A DNA stretch of 64,000 nucleotides from an uncultured Pseudomonadales bacterium (GTDB taxonomy: Bacteria; Patescibacteriota; Microgenomatia; UBA1400; PJMF01), in NCBI GenBank assembly GCA_964511345.1, contig CAZEEV010000001.1:8089-72088 (forward strand). Direction: 5' to 3'. Below, piece after piece: positions 1 to 8,710 of this stretch (position 1 is the stretch's first letter; each line of letters starts with the position of its first letter). The translations under genes and the position numbers were made by a program. Under the pieces are notes generated by a model. The model was not told the origin of the DNA. It saw nothing but the letters and a program-made list of their open reading frames with translations, and made no database searches.

Positions 1-793
1 CGACATCAATATGGGTTGTCCAGCACCAACGGTGGCTAATCATGGTTCAGGTGCAGCAATTATTAAAAATCCGCAATTAGCTAAAGAATTAATTAGAGTG
101 GTGCAAGAAGGTATTGAAGAATGGCGTAATGGCTTACGATTAGAAGATTGTCAAGATTTATCAAAACAAGCCATTCAGGCTGTGAAAGACAAGAAAAGAA
201 AGTTTGCTCTTAATGACCATAGTCGTCAAAAAGTACCAACAGTTTCAGTTAAAACGAGAATTGGTTTTGATTATGAAGAAATAGAGACGTGGCTACCTCA
301 TTTGTTGGAAATGCGGCTCGCCGCTATTTCTCTGCATGGTCGCACACTCAAGCAAGGCTACTCTGGAGAGGCCGATTGGTCGGCGATTGGGCGAGCCGCA
401 GCACTAGTCAAAAAGAGCGATCCTTCAGTAATTTTCCTTGGCAATGGTGATGTGCAAAATTATGAGGAAGCTCAAACTAAAATAGCTCAATATGGAGTTG
501 ATGGAGTTTTGATTGGTCGAGCAAGCTATGGTCAGCCGTTTATCTTTTTACCTAGAGAAAAAAGAGAAAAGTTATTGAGAGAAAAAAATATTTTTGAAAT
601 TGCCCTCGAACACGCCAAGCTTTATGAAAAAACTTATCCTTTGAGTGAGGATTACAAGTTTTTGCCAATGCGTAAGCATTTGGCGTGGTACACTAAGGGC
701 ATTGCACAAGCAGCTCTTGTACGCAGCGAATTGGTGCGAGCAGAGAATGCTCAGATCGTGGCAGTAATTTTGCAAAAACATCAATTAATCTAA
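1..793 (+). CDS. tRNA-dihydrouridine synthase (Dus family), 5'-truncated by window edge
   Basis: Frame reads DINMGCP from base 2; SVKTRIG, SLHGRT, GNGDV, DGVLIGRA and RKHLAWY are Dus motifs. Confidence 0.93.
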   Translation, partial: DINMGCPAPTVANHGSGAAIIKNPQLAKELIRVVQEGIEEWRNGLRLEDCQDLSKQAIQAVKDKKRKFALNDHSRQKVPTVSVKTRIGFDYEEIETWLPHLLEMRLAAISLHGRTLKQGYSGEADWSAIGRAAALVKKSDPSVIFLGNGDVQNYEEAQTKIAQYGVDGVLIGRASYGQPFIFLPREKREKLLREKNIFEIALEHAKLYEKTYPLSEDYKFLPMRKHLAWYTKGIAQAALVRSELVRAENAQIVAVILQKHQLI

Positions 794-801
794 AGCAATT
801 C

Positions 802-3800
802 ATGACAAATTTTGACAGAGAATATCAGCGTTTGAATAAATTACAAAAAGCTGCGGTTGATCATATTGAGCAAGGTCCACTTTTGTTAATTGCTGGCCCA
901 GGAACAGGAAAAACTCAAGTTTTGTCACTGCGCATTGCTAATATTTTGCGTAAAACCGACGCTCGCCCAGATACAATTTTGGCTTTAACTTTTACTGAAG
1001 CAGCCGCCAAAAACATGCGCGAACGCCTATTAAACATCATTGGCAAAGATGCTTATTATGTAAACATTAGTACTTTTCATGCTTTTTGTCGGGAAGTCAT
1101 TGCTGAGCATGGAGAATACTTTCCACTGCCACGAGAAAGTGAACATTTAAGTGATTTGGATCGTTATCAGCTGTTTGAACAATTATTAGATGAATTGAAG
1201 CCTGAGCATTTGCGTCCACTCAATGATCAATATTATTATGTCAAAGAAATCATTAAAGCCATTTCTGATTTGAAGAGAGAGGGCATTTCTGTTTTGCAGT
1301 ATGAAGAAATGATTCGTTTCGAAGAACAAGAATTTTTGGAGTTTCAAGAGACTAGCAAAAACAAAACTAAAATTGCCAGTTTTGAAAAAAAATTAGCTAA
1401 AAACAAAAATTTATTGTTACTTTACCAAACTTACCAAGAACGTTTACGTGAATCTATGCGTTTTGATTATGATGACATGATTAATTTTGTGGTAGAGGCC
1501 TTTGAACAAAACGAATTGTTGCTTAGAGAATATCAAGAAAATTTACATTACTTTTTAATTGATGAATATCAGGATACTAACTCAGCACAAAATAAGTTGA
1601 TTAATTTATTAGTTTCTTATTGGGAGGAACAAGGTGGAACGGCTGACCTTTTTGCAGTGGGTGATCCTAATCAGGCAATTTATCGTTTCCAAGGTGCTAG
1701 TGTAGAAAATGTTTTGGCTTTCACCCGTACTTACCCAAATGCTACGGTGATTACTTTAGATCAGGCTTATCGTTGTCCGCAAAATATTTATGATTTGGCG
1801 ACTAATTTAATTTCATATAACAAACTTTCTCAGCTTGAAAATATTGATGACAAAATTCAATTAGTGACCAACTTAAAAAGTCCTAAAGGTGTTGGCGGAA
1901 AGATTAAACTTTTTAAAGCGCCGTCACAAACTTTAGAAGCCATTGCTGTAGCCGAAGCAATTGCAGAACTAAATAAATCAGCAGTGCCTCTTCATGAAAT
2001 TGCGGTTCTATATCGCAACCATGCAGATGTTGCCGCTTTAATGATGGCTTTGGAAAAATGGAATATTCCTTATCAGCTAAGCAAAGGTGATGATGTTTTA
2101 ACTAATCAATATATTCTCGAACTATTAGATTTAATGGCTTTAATTTCTAAAATCACTATGGCGCAGGAAGTGGATTTACTTTATAGAGTGATGAATTTTG
2201 CTTGGATAAATTTAGATCATTTATTAGTGATGAAATTAGGCCGTGTGGCTGGCAAATTACAAATTGAACTTTATGACTTAATTGCCAAAGGTTTGGAATT
2301 TATCAATCAAGAATTGGCAGGTCAAGAAATTGATGAAGCAGAATTTTTAACCATGACTGCTTTTTTAGATAAATTAAGAAATTTTGCCAAGCAAGATCAA
2401 ACTTTAACTTTTAATCATTTTTTCGAACAACTGATTTCTAGTAAGGGTTTTGCTTTCTTAGATTTTATCCAAAGTTTGCCGGATAGTTTTGAACAAATTA
2501 CTGTGCTGAATACTCTTTTTGCCGAGATCAAAGCCATGCTGGTTAAAAATCACCAATTACGCTTAACTGATTTTCTTAGTCAAATAGAAATTTATAAAAA
2601 TCATCAAATCAAAATTCAAAGCAAAGACTTGCTCAATCAACCAGAAGCAGTTTATTTATCGACGGTGCACAGTGCTAAAGGTATGGAGTGGGAACATGTT
2701 TTCTTAATTAATTTGTTAGATAAAAAATGGGGCAATCAAAGAGATAAGACGAAAATTAAATTGCCATCGGGAATTATTAAAAACACTGATCTTTCAGAAA
2801 AAGAACGCAATGAAGATGACCGCCGCCTTTTTTATGTGGCTCTCAGTCGTGCTAAAAAACAGTTGTATTTAAGTTATCCAGAACAAATTATTGAAAATGG
2901 TCAAAGTAATGACAAGTTTCCCTCAATTTTCTTGGAGGAGATAAAAGAAATTGAAACAAAATCGAATCAACAATTTTTAGAAAATGATGATAAAAAAGCA
3001 TTGTTGGATCAAGCTGAAACTCATCTTAGCAAATTAATGCTACCTGCTGAACAGCGAACTTATGCTCATGGCGAACGTGAATTTTTAGCTTCTATAGTTA
3101 AAGATTTTAAGTTATCGGTTACAGCCCTCAATACGTATTTGCGCGATCCACAAGAATTTTTGGAAAATAATTTATTACGCATTCCACGTGCCAAGCAAGT
3201 TTTTATGTCTTTTGGCACTGCCATTCATGCAGGTTTGGAGCGTTTTTATAAATTGGAAAAACAAAATAATCAGATCCCTGAATTAAAGTTTTTGCTTGAT
3301 GAATTTGAGATTGCTTTACGAAAAGAAATTCTAAGCCAAAGTGATTTTGTTGATCGCTTGAAATACGGTACAGAAGTTTTAACTAGTTATTATCAAGATC
3401 GCTTGATTGAAAAAACCAATGTTTTTGATGTGGAAAGAAGTTTTGGCGGTAGTCGCAAAGCTATTCTTGGAGATATTCAGCTGTCAGGCAAAATTGATCG
3501 CGTTGATTTAATTGATGCGGAAAAAGGGTTATTGAGAGTTTATGATTACAAAACTGGTAAGCCCAAAAGTCGTGGTGGTATTGAAGCAACGAGTAAAACT
3601 TACCAAAAAGATTTCTCAGAGAGAGAATTAAATTTACCTGAAACTATTCGTGGGCCATATAAACGCCAATTAATTTTCTACAAAATTCTTTTAGATTTAG
3701 ATAGAACTATCAATCCAAATTGGCAGGTAAGCGAAGCAGTTTTTGAATTTGTGGAGCCCAAAGAAAAAGGCAGCAACAAACATGTGGCTCACGCTTATTC

Positions 3801-3900
3801 AATTACTGACGAAGAAGTTAGTGACCTAAAACAATTGATTAAAGAAGTGATGCAAGAAATCCGCTCACTTAGCTTTCTGGATACAATTGCTGCAGTGTAA
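802..3900 (+). CDS. UvrD/PcrA-like SF1 helicase fused to a C-terminal PD-(D/E)XK (RecB-like) nuclease
   Basis: AGPGTGKT, IDEYQD, VGDPNQAIYRFQGA, TVHSAKGMEW, RRLFYVALSRAK; C-terminal GKIDRVD...VYDYKTG and Q-L-x-x-Y. Confidence 0.92.
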   Translation: MTNFDREYQRLNKLQKAAVDHIEQGPLLLIAGPGTGKTQVLSLRIANILRKTDARPDTILALTFTEAAAKNMRERLLNIIGKDAYYVNISTFHAFCREVIAEHGEYFPLPRESEHLSDLDRYQLFEQLLDELKPEHLRPLNDQYYYVKEIIKAISDLKREGISVLQYEEMIRFEEQEFLEFQETSKNKTKIASFEKKLAKNKNLLLLYQTYQERLRESMRFDYDDMINFVVEAFEQNELLLREYQENLHYFLIDEYQDTNSAQNKLINLLVSYWEEQGGTADLFAVGDPNQAIYRFQGASVENVLAFTRTYPNATVITLDQAYRCPQNIYDLATNLISYNKLSQLENIDDKIQLVTNLKSPKGVGGKIKLFKAPSQTLEAIAVAEAIAELNKSAVPLHEIAVLYRNHADVAALMMALEKWNIPYQLSKGDDVLTNQYILELLDLMALISKITMAQEVDLLYRVMNFAWINLDHLLVMKLGRVAGKLQIELYDLIAKGLEFINQELAGQEIDEAEFLTMTAFLDKLRNFAKQDQTLTFNHFFEQLISSKGFAFLDFIQSLPDSFEQITVLNTLFAEIKAMLVKNHQLRLTDFLSQIEIYKNHQIKIQSKDLLNQPEAVYLSTVHSAKGMEWEHVFLINLLDKKWGNQRDKTKIKLPSGIIKNTDLSEKERNEDDRRLFYVALSRAKKQLYLSYPEQIIENGQSNDKFPSIFLEEIKEIETKSNQQFLENDDKKALLDQAETHLSKLMLPAEQRTYAHGEREFLASIVKDFKLSVTALNTYLRDPQEFLENNLLRIPRAKQVFMSFGTAIHAGLERFYKLEKQNNQIPELKFLLDEFEIALRKEILSQSDFVDRLKYGTEVLTSYYQDRLIEKTNVFDVERSFGGSRKAILGDIQLSGKIDRVDLIDAEKGLLRVYDYKTGKPKSRGGIEATSKTYQKDFSERELNLPETIRGPYKRQLIFYKILLDLDRTINPNWQVSEAVFEFVEPKEKGSNKHVAHAYSITDEEVSDLKQLIKEVMQEIRSLSFLDTIAAV

Positions 3901-4477
3901 CACTGTCAATATCTCTTTGTGAAATAATCATCTCTTCTTTGGCAAATGGCCATTGGATATTTAAGTCTGGATCGAAAATGGAAACTGCCAAATCGTCAGC
4001 TTTATTTCTTTCGTGATAAAGCATGTCGACGCCATAGAGATAATACATCGGACCTTCCACAGCACAGACTGAATTACCAATTTTTTTACTGATATAGAGA
4101 CTCTCTCCCCATTCGTTATTTGGATCAGCAATGAAATCAAAGTATTCAACTTTTTTGTAAGTTGGAGAATCTGGACGTACATCGGCGAGAGCACAAAAAG
4201 CATGACCTTGCACTATGGTGATTAATTTATTCCACCCTTCGGTATGAATGCCTCTAGCAATTTTGCTTTTAGAGACTGATAAATTAACTTGTTTAATTTG
4301 GAAATCTGGATTGATGCCGGCAGCTTTAATTCTTTCTGGTTCTAAAATTTGTGAAAAAAATCCTCGTTCATCAAGAAACTTTTTGTATTTAATGTAATAA
4401 AGTCCATCAATGCTGGTTTTAAAAATATTTTCTGCGATTTCTAATTCTTTTTTGGGAACGTAATAATTGATTGCCAT
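3869..4477 (-). CDS. dTDP-4-dehydrorhamnose 3,5-epimerase (RmlC) family
   Basis: FLDERGFF, ARGIH, DVRPDSPTY, DPDLNIQWP, ISQRD; start moved to MAINYY, downstream of a TGcTAGACT -10. Confidence 0.85.
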   Translation of the reverse strand: MAINYYVPKKELEIAENIFKTSIDGLYYIKYKKFLDERGFFSQILEPERIKAAGINPDFQIKQVNLSVSKSKIARGIHTEGWNKLITIVQGHAFCALADVRPDSPTYKKVEYFDFIADPNNEWGESLYISKKIGNSVCAVEGPMYYLYGVDMLYHERNKADDLAVSIFDPDLNIQWPFAKEEMIISQRDIDSVTLQQLYPES

Positions 4478-4527
4478 AGTGGTTTTTAGTCTAGCACAAT
4501 TTTTAAGTTTTAGTACAATGTTAAACC

Positions 4528-5736
4528 ATGTCAGACTCTTATTTACCTCCACAAAATATTATCGATCAATATGCTCACGTATTGGTTAACTTTGCACTTA
4601 ATTCTGGAGCCGGTGTCAAAAAGGGTGAAGTAGTGCAGTGTGTAGTGCCAGATGTAGCTAAACCGATGGCCTTAGCCTTACAGAATACTTTGCTTAAAGC
4701 TGGAGCTCACCCTATGATTCGTTTAATTCCTTCCGGTTTTGATCGCGATTTTTATAATCTAGCCAGTGATGAGCAGCTGAGTTTTTTTCCTAGAAAATTC
4801 TTAAAAGCACGAGCAGATTTAATCGATCATCAAATTGGTATTATCGCTGAAGCAGATCCAATGGAATTATCAGAAGTGGATCCGCGCAAAATTATGTTAA
4901 TGCGCAATAGCCAAAAACCTTATCGTGATTGGCTAAATGCGAAAGAGAGCCGCCAACTTTTTACTTGGACCTTAGCACTTTGGGGTATGCCAGCCAAAGC
5001 CAAAGAAGTTGGTCTGAGTATGGAAGCTTATTGGCAGCAAATTATCAAAGCTTGTTTCTTAGATGAGCCTGATCCAATAGCCAAATGGCGTGAAGTTTTT
5101 GCTATGCAAACAGACATTAAAGAAAAGTTAAATGACATGAAGATTCAATACGTCATCGTTAAAGGTGAGGATGTTGATTTGACGATTAAAATTGGTAGTG
5201 ATCGTATTTGGCAAGGTGGTAGCGGACGCAATATTCCAAGTTTTGAAATTTTTACTTCTCCTGATTGGCGAGGTATTGATGGCTGGATTCGTTTTAATGA
5301 GCCACTTTATCGCTATGGCAATGTCATTAAAGACATTTATCTTAGAGTGGAGCACGGCATAATAATTCAGGCCAAAGCTAGCACTGGTAATAAATTTTTA
5401 CAAACCATGCTAGAAACTAAAAATGCTGACAAATTTGGTGAATTTTCGATGACTGATAAACGTATGTCGCGCATTACCCATCCGATGGCTGAAACTTTAT
5501 TTGACGAAAATATTGGCGGTCGTTTTGGTAATTCACATTTAGCCATTGGTATGGCTTACAAAGACTGTTATCGTGGAAATCCAGATGTCGTGAAAGCAAG
5601 CGAATGGAAAGAAATGGGTTTTAACGACAGCGCTGAGCATACTGACATGATGACTACTACTAATCGTAGTGTTACAGCAGTGCTAGAAACTGGGGAACAT
5701 AAGTTGATTTATGAGAATGGTCAATTTGTAATCTGA
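4528..5736 (+). CDS. Aminopeptidase, M29 (AmpS/AmpT) family
   Basis: NIPSFEIFTSP, GEFS, LFDENIGG, HLAIG, NDSAEHTD. Confidence 0.9.
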   Translation: MSDSYLPPQNIIDQYAHVLVNFALNSGAGVKKGEVVQCVVPDVAKPMALALQNTLLKAGAHPMIRLIPSGFDRDFYNLASDEQLSFFPRKFLKARADLIDHQIGIIAEADPMELSEVDPRKIMLMRNSQKPYRDWLNAKESRQLFTWTLALWGMPAKAKEVGLSMEAYWQQIIKACFLDEPDPIAKWREVFAMQTDIKEKLNDMKIQYVIVKGEDVDLTIKIGSDRIWQGGSGRNIPSFEIFTSPDWRGIDGWIRFNEPLYRYGNVIKDIYLRVEHGIIIQAKASTGNKFLQTMLETKNADKFGEFSMTDKRMSRITHPMAETLFDENIGGRFGNSHLAIGMAYKDCYRGNPDVVKASEWKEMGFNDSAEHTDMMTTTNRSVTAVLETGEHKLIYENGQFVI

Positions 5737-5756
5737 TTTAGTGCTAGAATATCTTC

Positions 5757-6533
5757 ATGATTATCAGTTCTGATCACCAGTTAGCCAAATACCAAAACAT
5801 CGGTAAAAAATCTGCTGAAATTTTGTGGCAATTGTGGGAAGCTTCAGTAGAAGGAGTGACTCCGCTAGAAATTGACAATTTAGCAGAGCGTCTTTGTCAG
5901 AAATATGGTGTTAGGTCTGCTTTTAAAGGGGTGGGTTCCAAGAAAAATCCCTATCGTTTTGTGACTTGCATCAATGTTAACGATGGGGTGGTACATGGTA
6001 TTCCAAGCACTATTCCTTTGCAAAAAGGTGACATTGTCAAAGTGGATTTTGGAATTGTGGATGATGGTTTTTACACCGATCATTGTTTTAGCAAATCAAT
6101 CGGCGAACCAAGTACGGAGGATTTGCGCTTAATGAATGTGGCTCGTCAAGCAGTGCAAAATGCGGCACGTCAGGCCATTATCGGTAATCAAGTTGGTGAT
6201 CTTGGTTTTACCATGCAGAGTATTGCTGAAAAAGCAGGCTTTAGCACGGTTAAAGAATTTGTTGGACACGGCATTGGTTTGACTATGCATGATGAGCCAC
6301 AAATCCCAGCTTGGGGACAGAAGGGCAAGGGTTTGACTTTGAAACGTGGGCAGGTATTGTGTGTGGAGGCGCAAGTGATTGCTTCAGCAGATGATGGCGT
6401 CTATATGGCTGATGATGGTTGGACAATTCTTTCTGATTCTGGGGCCAAGGCAGCGATGTTTGAATATATGGTGGTGGTGCAAGACAAGAAACCAGTTTTT
6501 CTCACTCCCACATTGGATTGGCCTTTGTTTTAG
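5757..6533 (+). CDS. map: Type I methionine aminopeptidase
   Basis: CINVNDGVVHGIP, GDIVKVDFG, GHGIGLTMHDEP, DDGWT. Confidence 0.93.
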   Translation: MIISSDHQLAKYQNIGKKSAEILWQLWEASVEGVTPLEIDNLAERLCQKYGVRSAFKGVGSKKNPYRFVTCINVNDGVVHGIPSTIPLQKGDIVKVDFGIVDDGFYTDHCFSKSIGEPSTEDLRLMNVARQAVQNAARQAIIGNQVGDLGFTMQSIAEKAGFSTVKEFVGHGIGLTMHDEPQIPAWGQKGKGLTLKRGQVLCVEAQVIASADDGVYMADDGWTILSDSGAKAAMFEYMVVVQDKKPVFLTPTLDWPLF

Positions 6534-6559
6534 TTTTTAGCTTTTCCATCAAAATTTTC

Positions 6560-6574
6560 TTGTCAAGTTGACAA
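6560..6574. promoter_or_regulatory. Perfect palindrome TTGTCAA-G-TTGACAA upstream of the rpoD promoter (candidate operator)
   Basis: Read directly; 7-1-7 inverted repeat in intergenic DNA. Confidence 0.45.
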
Positions 6575-6598
6575 AAATTAGCTTTTCCTGATTTACCA

Positions 6599-6633
6599 TT
6601 TGCTTTTTGGCGATTGAAAAGTATAATTATAAT
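6599..6633 (+). promoter_or_regulatory. sigma70-type promoter of rpoD
   Basis: TTGCTT at 6600-6605, then tandem TATAAT at 6622-6627 and 6628-6633; predicted +1 near the start of the long stem. Confidence 0.6.
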
Positions 6634-6634
6634 C

Positions 6635-6795
6635 CGATTCGTAGCGAAATAAAAAACGGTTTCTTAATTTATCTTTTACGTATTTTATTTCTTTTCTTCT
6701 TTCTCAAGTAGACAAGGCTACTATCGTCATCAGAAAAGACTAAAATATCGTAAAATCTATTATTAATTAACTCATTTTTATTTCGCTACGAATCG
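6635..6795 (+). ncRNA. Rod-like 161-nt structured rpoD leader (6S-RNA-like geometry)
   Basis: Perfect 21-bp stem 6635-6655/6775-6795; nested stems 6674-6687/6741-6755, 6690-6697/6732-6739, 6707-6711/6718-6722. Confidence 0.7.
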
Positions 6796-6801
6796 AATCT
6801 T

Positions 6802-7911
6802 ATGACCGACCAAGTTTCCCCTAAAAAAATTCCTAAGTCCCTACAAGAAGCGATTAAACAACTTTTTAAAGTAGCTAGTTCTCGAGGTTTTGTCACTCAA
6901 GATGAAATCATGGATGTTTTTGTGGAACCAGAAATTTATATTGAAGAATTAGACGATCTTTATGATCGTTTTTTTAAGAAAAACATTGATATTTTTGAAT
7001 CAGTTTCCAAAGATGCTACTGCTGGCGATGAAGACGTGCTCAAACAAGAATTGGACGTTTTAGCTAATTTAAGTAGTGTCGGTGTTTCTGATCCGGTTCG
7101 TATGTACCTCAAAGAAATTGGTCGTATTCCTTTGCTTAATAGAGAAGATGAAATTCGTTTGGCTCAGGAAGTCGAATCTGGCAGTGAAAAAGCTAAAAAA
7201 GATTTAATCAATGCTAATTTGCGTTTGGTGGTTTCTATTGCCAAAAAATATATTGGTCGCGGCATGACTTTCTTGGATTTAATTCAGGAAGGCAACAAAG
7301 GCTTGATTCGTGCAGTGGAGAAATATGATTGGACCAAAGGTTTCAAATTTTCTACCTACGCCACCTGGTGGATTCGTCAAGCGATTACTCGTTCCATCGC
7401 TGATCAGGCTCGTACCATTCGTATTCCTGTGCACATGGTTGAAACTATCAATAAATTAATGCGTACCTCACGTCGCTTAATGCAGGATTTGGGCCGTGAA
7501 CCTACCCCAGAAGAGATTGGTGAGAAGATGGAATTGGAGCCAGACAAAGTTCGTGAAATTCTGAAAATTTCTCAAAATACCACCTCTTTGGAAACTCCAG
7601 TTGGTGATGGTGAAGACGATAGTACCTTGGGTGATTTCATCGCTGATGAGAAACAAGATAGTCCTTATGACACCACTAGTAAACAAATGCTTTCTGAAAA
7701 TGTCGAAGAGGTTTTGAAGGCTTTGTCAGACCGTGAAGCTAAAGTTTTGCGCATGCGTTTCGGTTTAGCTGGCAACAGAACTATGACTTTGGAAGAAGTT
7801 GGTAAAGAATTTGGTGTGACTCGTGAGCGTATTCGTCAAATTGAAGCTAAGGCTCTACGCAAGCTCAAGCATCCAAGTAAACGTAAAAAGTTACAAGATT
7901 TCCTTGAATAA
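6802..7911 (+). CDS. rpoD: RNA polymerase primary sigma factor
   Basis: [53 protein letters not shown]. Confidence 0.98.
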   Translation: MTDQVSPKKIPKSLQEAIKQLFKVASSRGFVTQDEIMDVFVEPEIYIEELDDLYDRFFKKNIDIFESVSKDATAGDEDVLKQELDVLANLSSVGVSDPVRMYLKEIGRIPLLNREDEIRLAQEVESGSEKAKKDLINANLRLVVSIAKKYIGRGMTFLDLIQEGNKGLIRAVEKYDWTKGFKFSTYATWWIRQAITRSIADQARTIRIPVHMVETINKLMRTSRRLMQDLGREPTPEEIGEKMELEPDKVREILKISQNTTSLETPVGDGEDDSTLGDFIADEKQDSPYDTTSKQMLSENVEEVLKALSDREAKVLRMRFGLAGNRTMTLEEVGKEFGVTRERIRQIEAKALRKLKHPSKRKKLQDFLE

Positions 7912-7938
7912 ACTTTTAGAGAGTGGGACAATTTAAAC

Positions 7939-8670
7939 ATGAAATTTGTTTCAGTTAATATTGAGGGTAATAAGCATTTTGATAGAATTTTTCCATTCCT
8001 GATTGCAGAAAAACCAGATGTCTTAGCTCTACAAGAAGTTTTTGAATGTGATTTAGAAACCATTAAACAAATAACTGGTTTGAAAAATTGTGTTTTTTAT
8101 CCCAATGCCGATGTGACTCTTCCAAATATCCATTTGCAAGATCGTGGCAGATGGGGAGTGGCAACTTTTGCCAATGAAATTGTTGACAGCAAGGGCGTTT
8201 ATTATTTTCAGGTTAATCCTGGAGAGTTATTCATTTTTGATGAAAAAAAGAATGGTTTAGCTGATCGAGTTTTGTTATTCGCTGAGACTAAGGTAGACGG
8301 TAAAGTTTTTAAAACTTTTAACACTCACTTTACTTGGTCTGGAGGCAAAGCAGTTAATGAGGCGCAACGCAGAGATTACGTCAAAATGAAAGAGATTTTA
8401 GAATCCTATGACGAAGTAATTCTGTGCGGCGATCTTAACACTCCTCGTGGTGAAGAAGTTTGGGACGATTTAGCCAAGAATTATACCGATAATATTCCTC
8501 AAGACATTGACACCACCATTGATAAAAATTTACACAAGTCAGGTAAAGATATTCGTTTAGTGGTAGACGCTCTTTTTACCAGCGCTCAATACTCGGCCAA
8601 AAATGTACGCGTGGTTGCAAATACCAGTGATCACATGGCGGTGGTGGGAGAAATATTTACAACTAAATAG
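7939..8670 (+). CDS. Endonuclease/exonuclease/phosphatase (EEP) family protein
   Basis: VSVNI, PDVLALQEV, NTHF, ILCGDLN, SDHMAV. Confidence 0.88.
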   Translation: MKFVSVNIEGNKHFDRIFPFLIAEKPDVLALQEVFECDLETIKQITGLKNCVFYPNADVTLPNIHLQDRGRWGVATFANEIVDSKGVYYFQVNPGELFIFDEKKNGLADRVLLFAETKVDGKVFKTFNTHFTWSGGKAVNEAQRRDYVKMKEILESYDEVILCGDLNTPRGEEVWDDLAKNYTDNIPQDIDTTIDKNLHKSGKDIRLVVDALFTSAQYSAKNVRVVANTSDHMAVVGEIFTTK

Positions 8671-8710
8671 CCTCTTACATAAACATTCTTTAATCGGATA
8701 CAATGAGATA

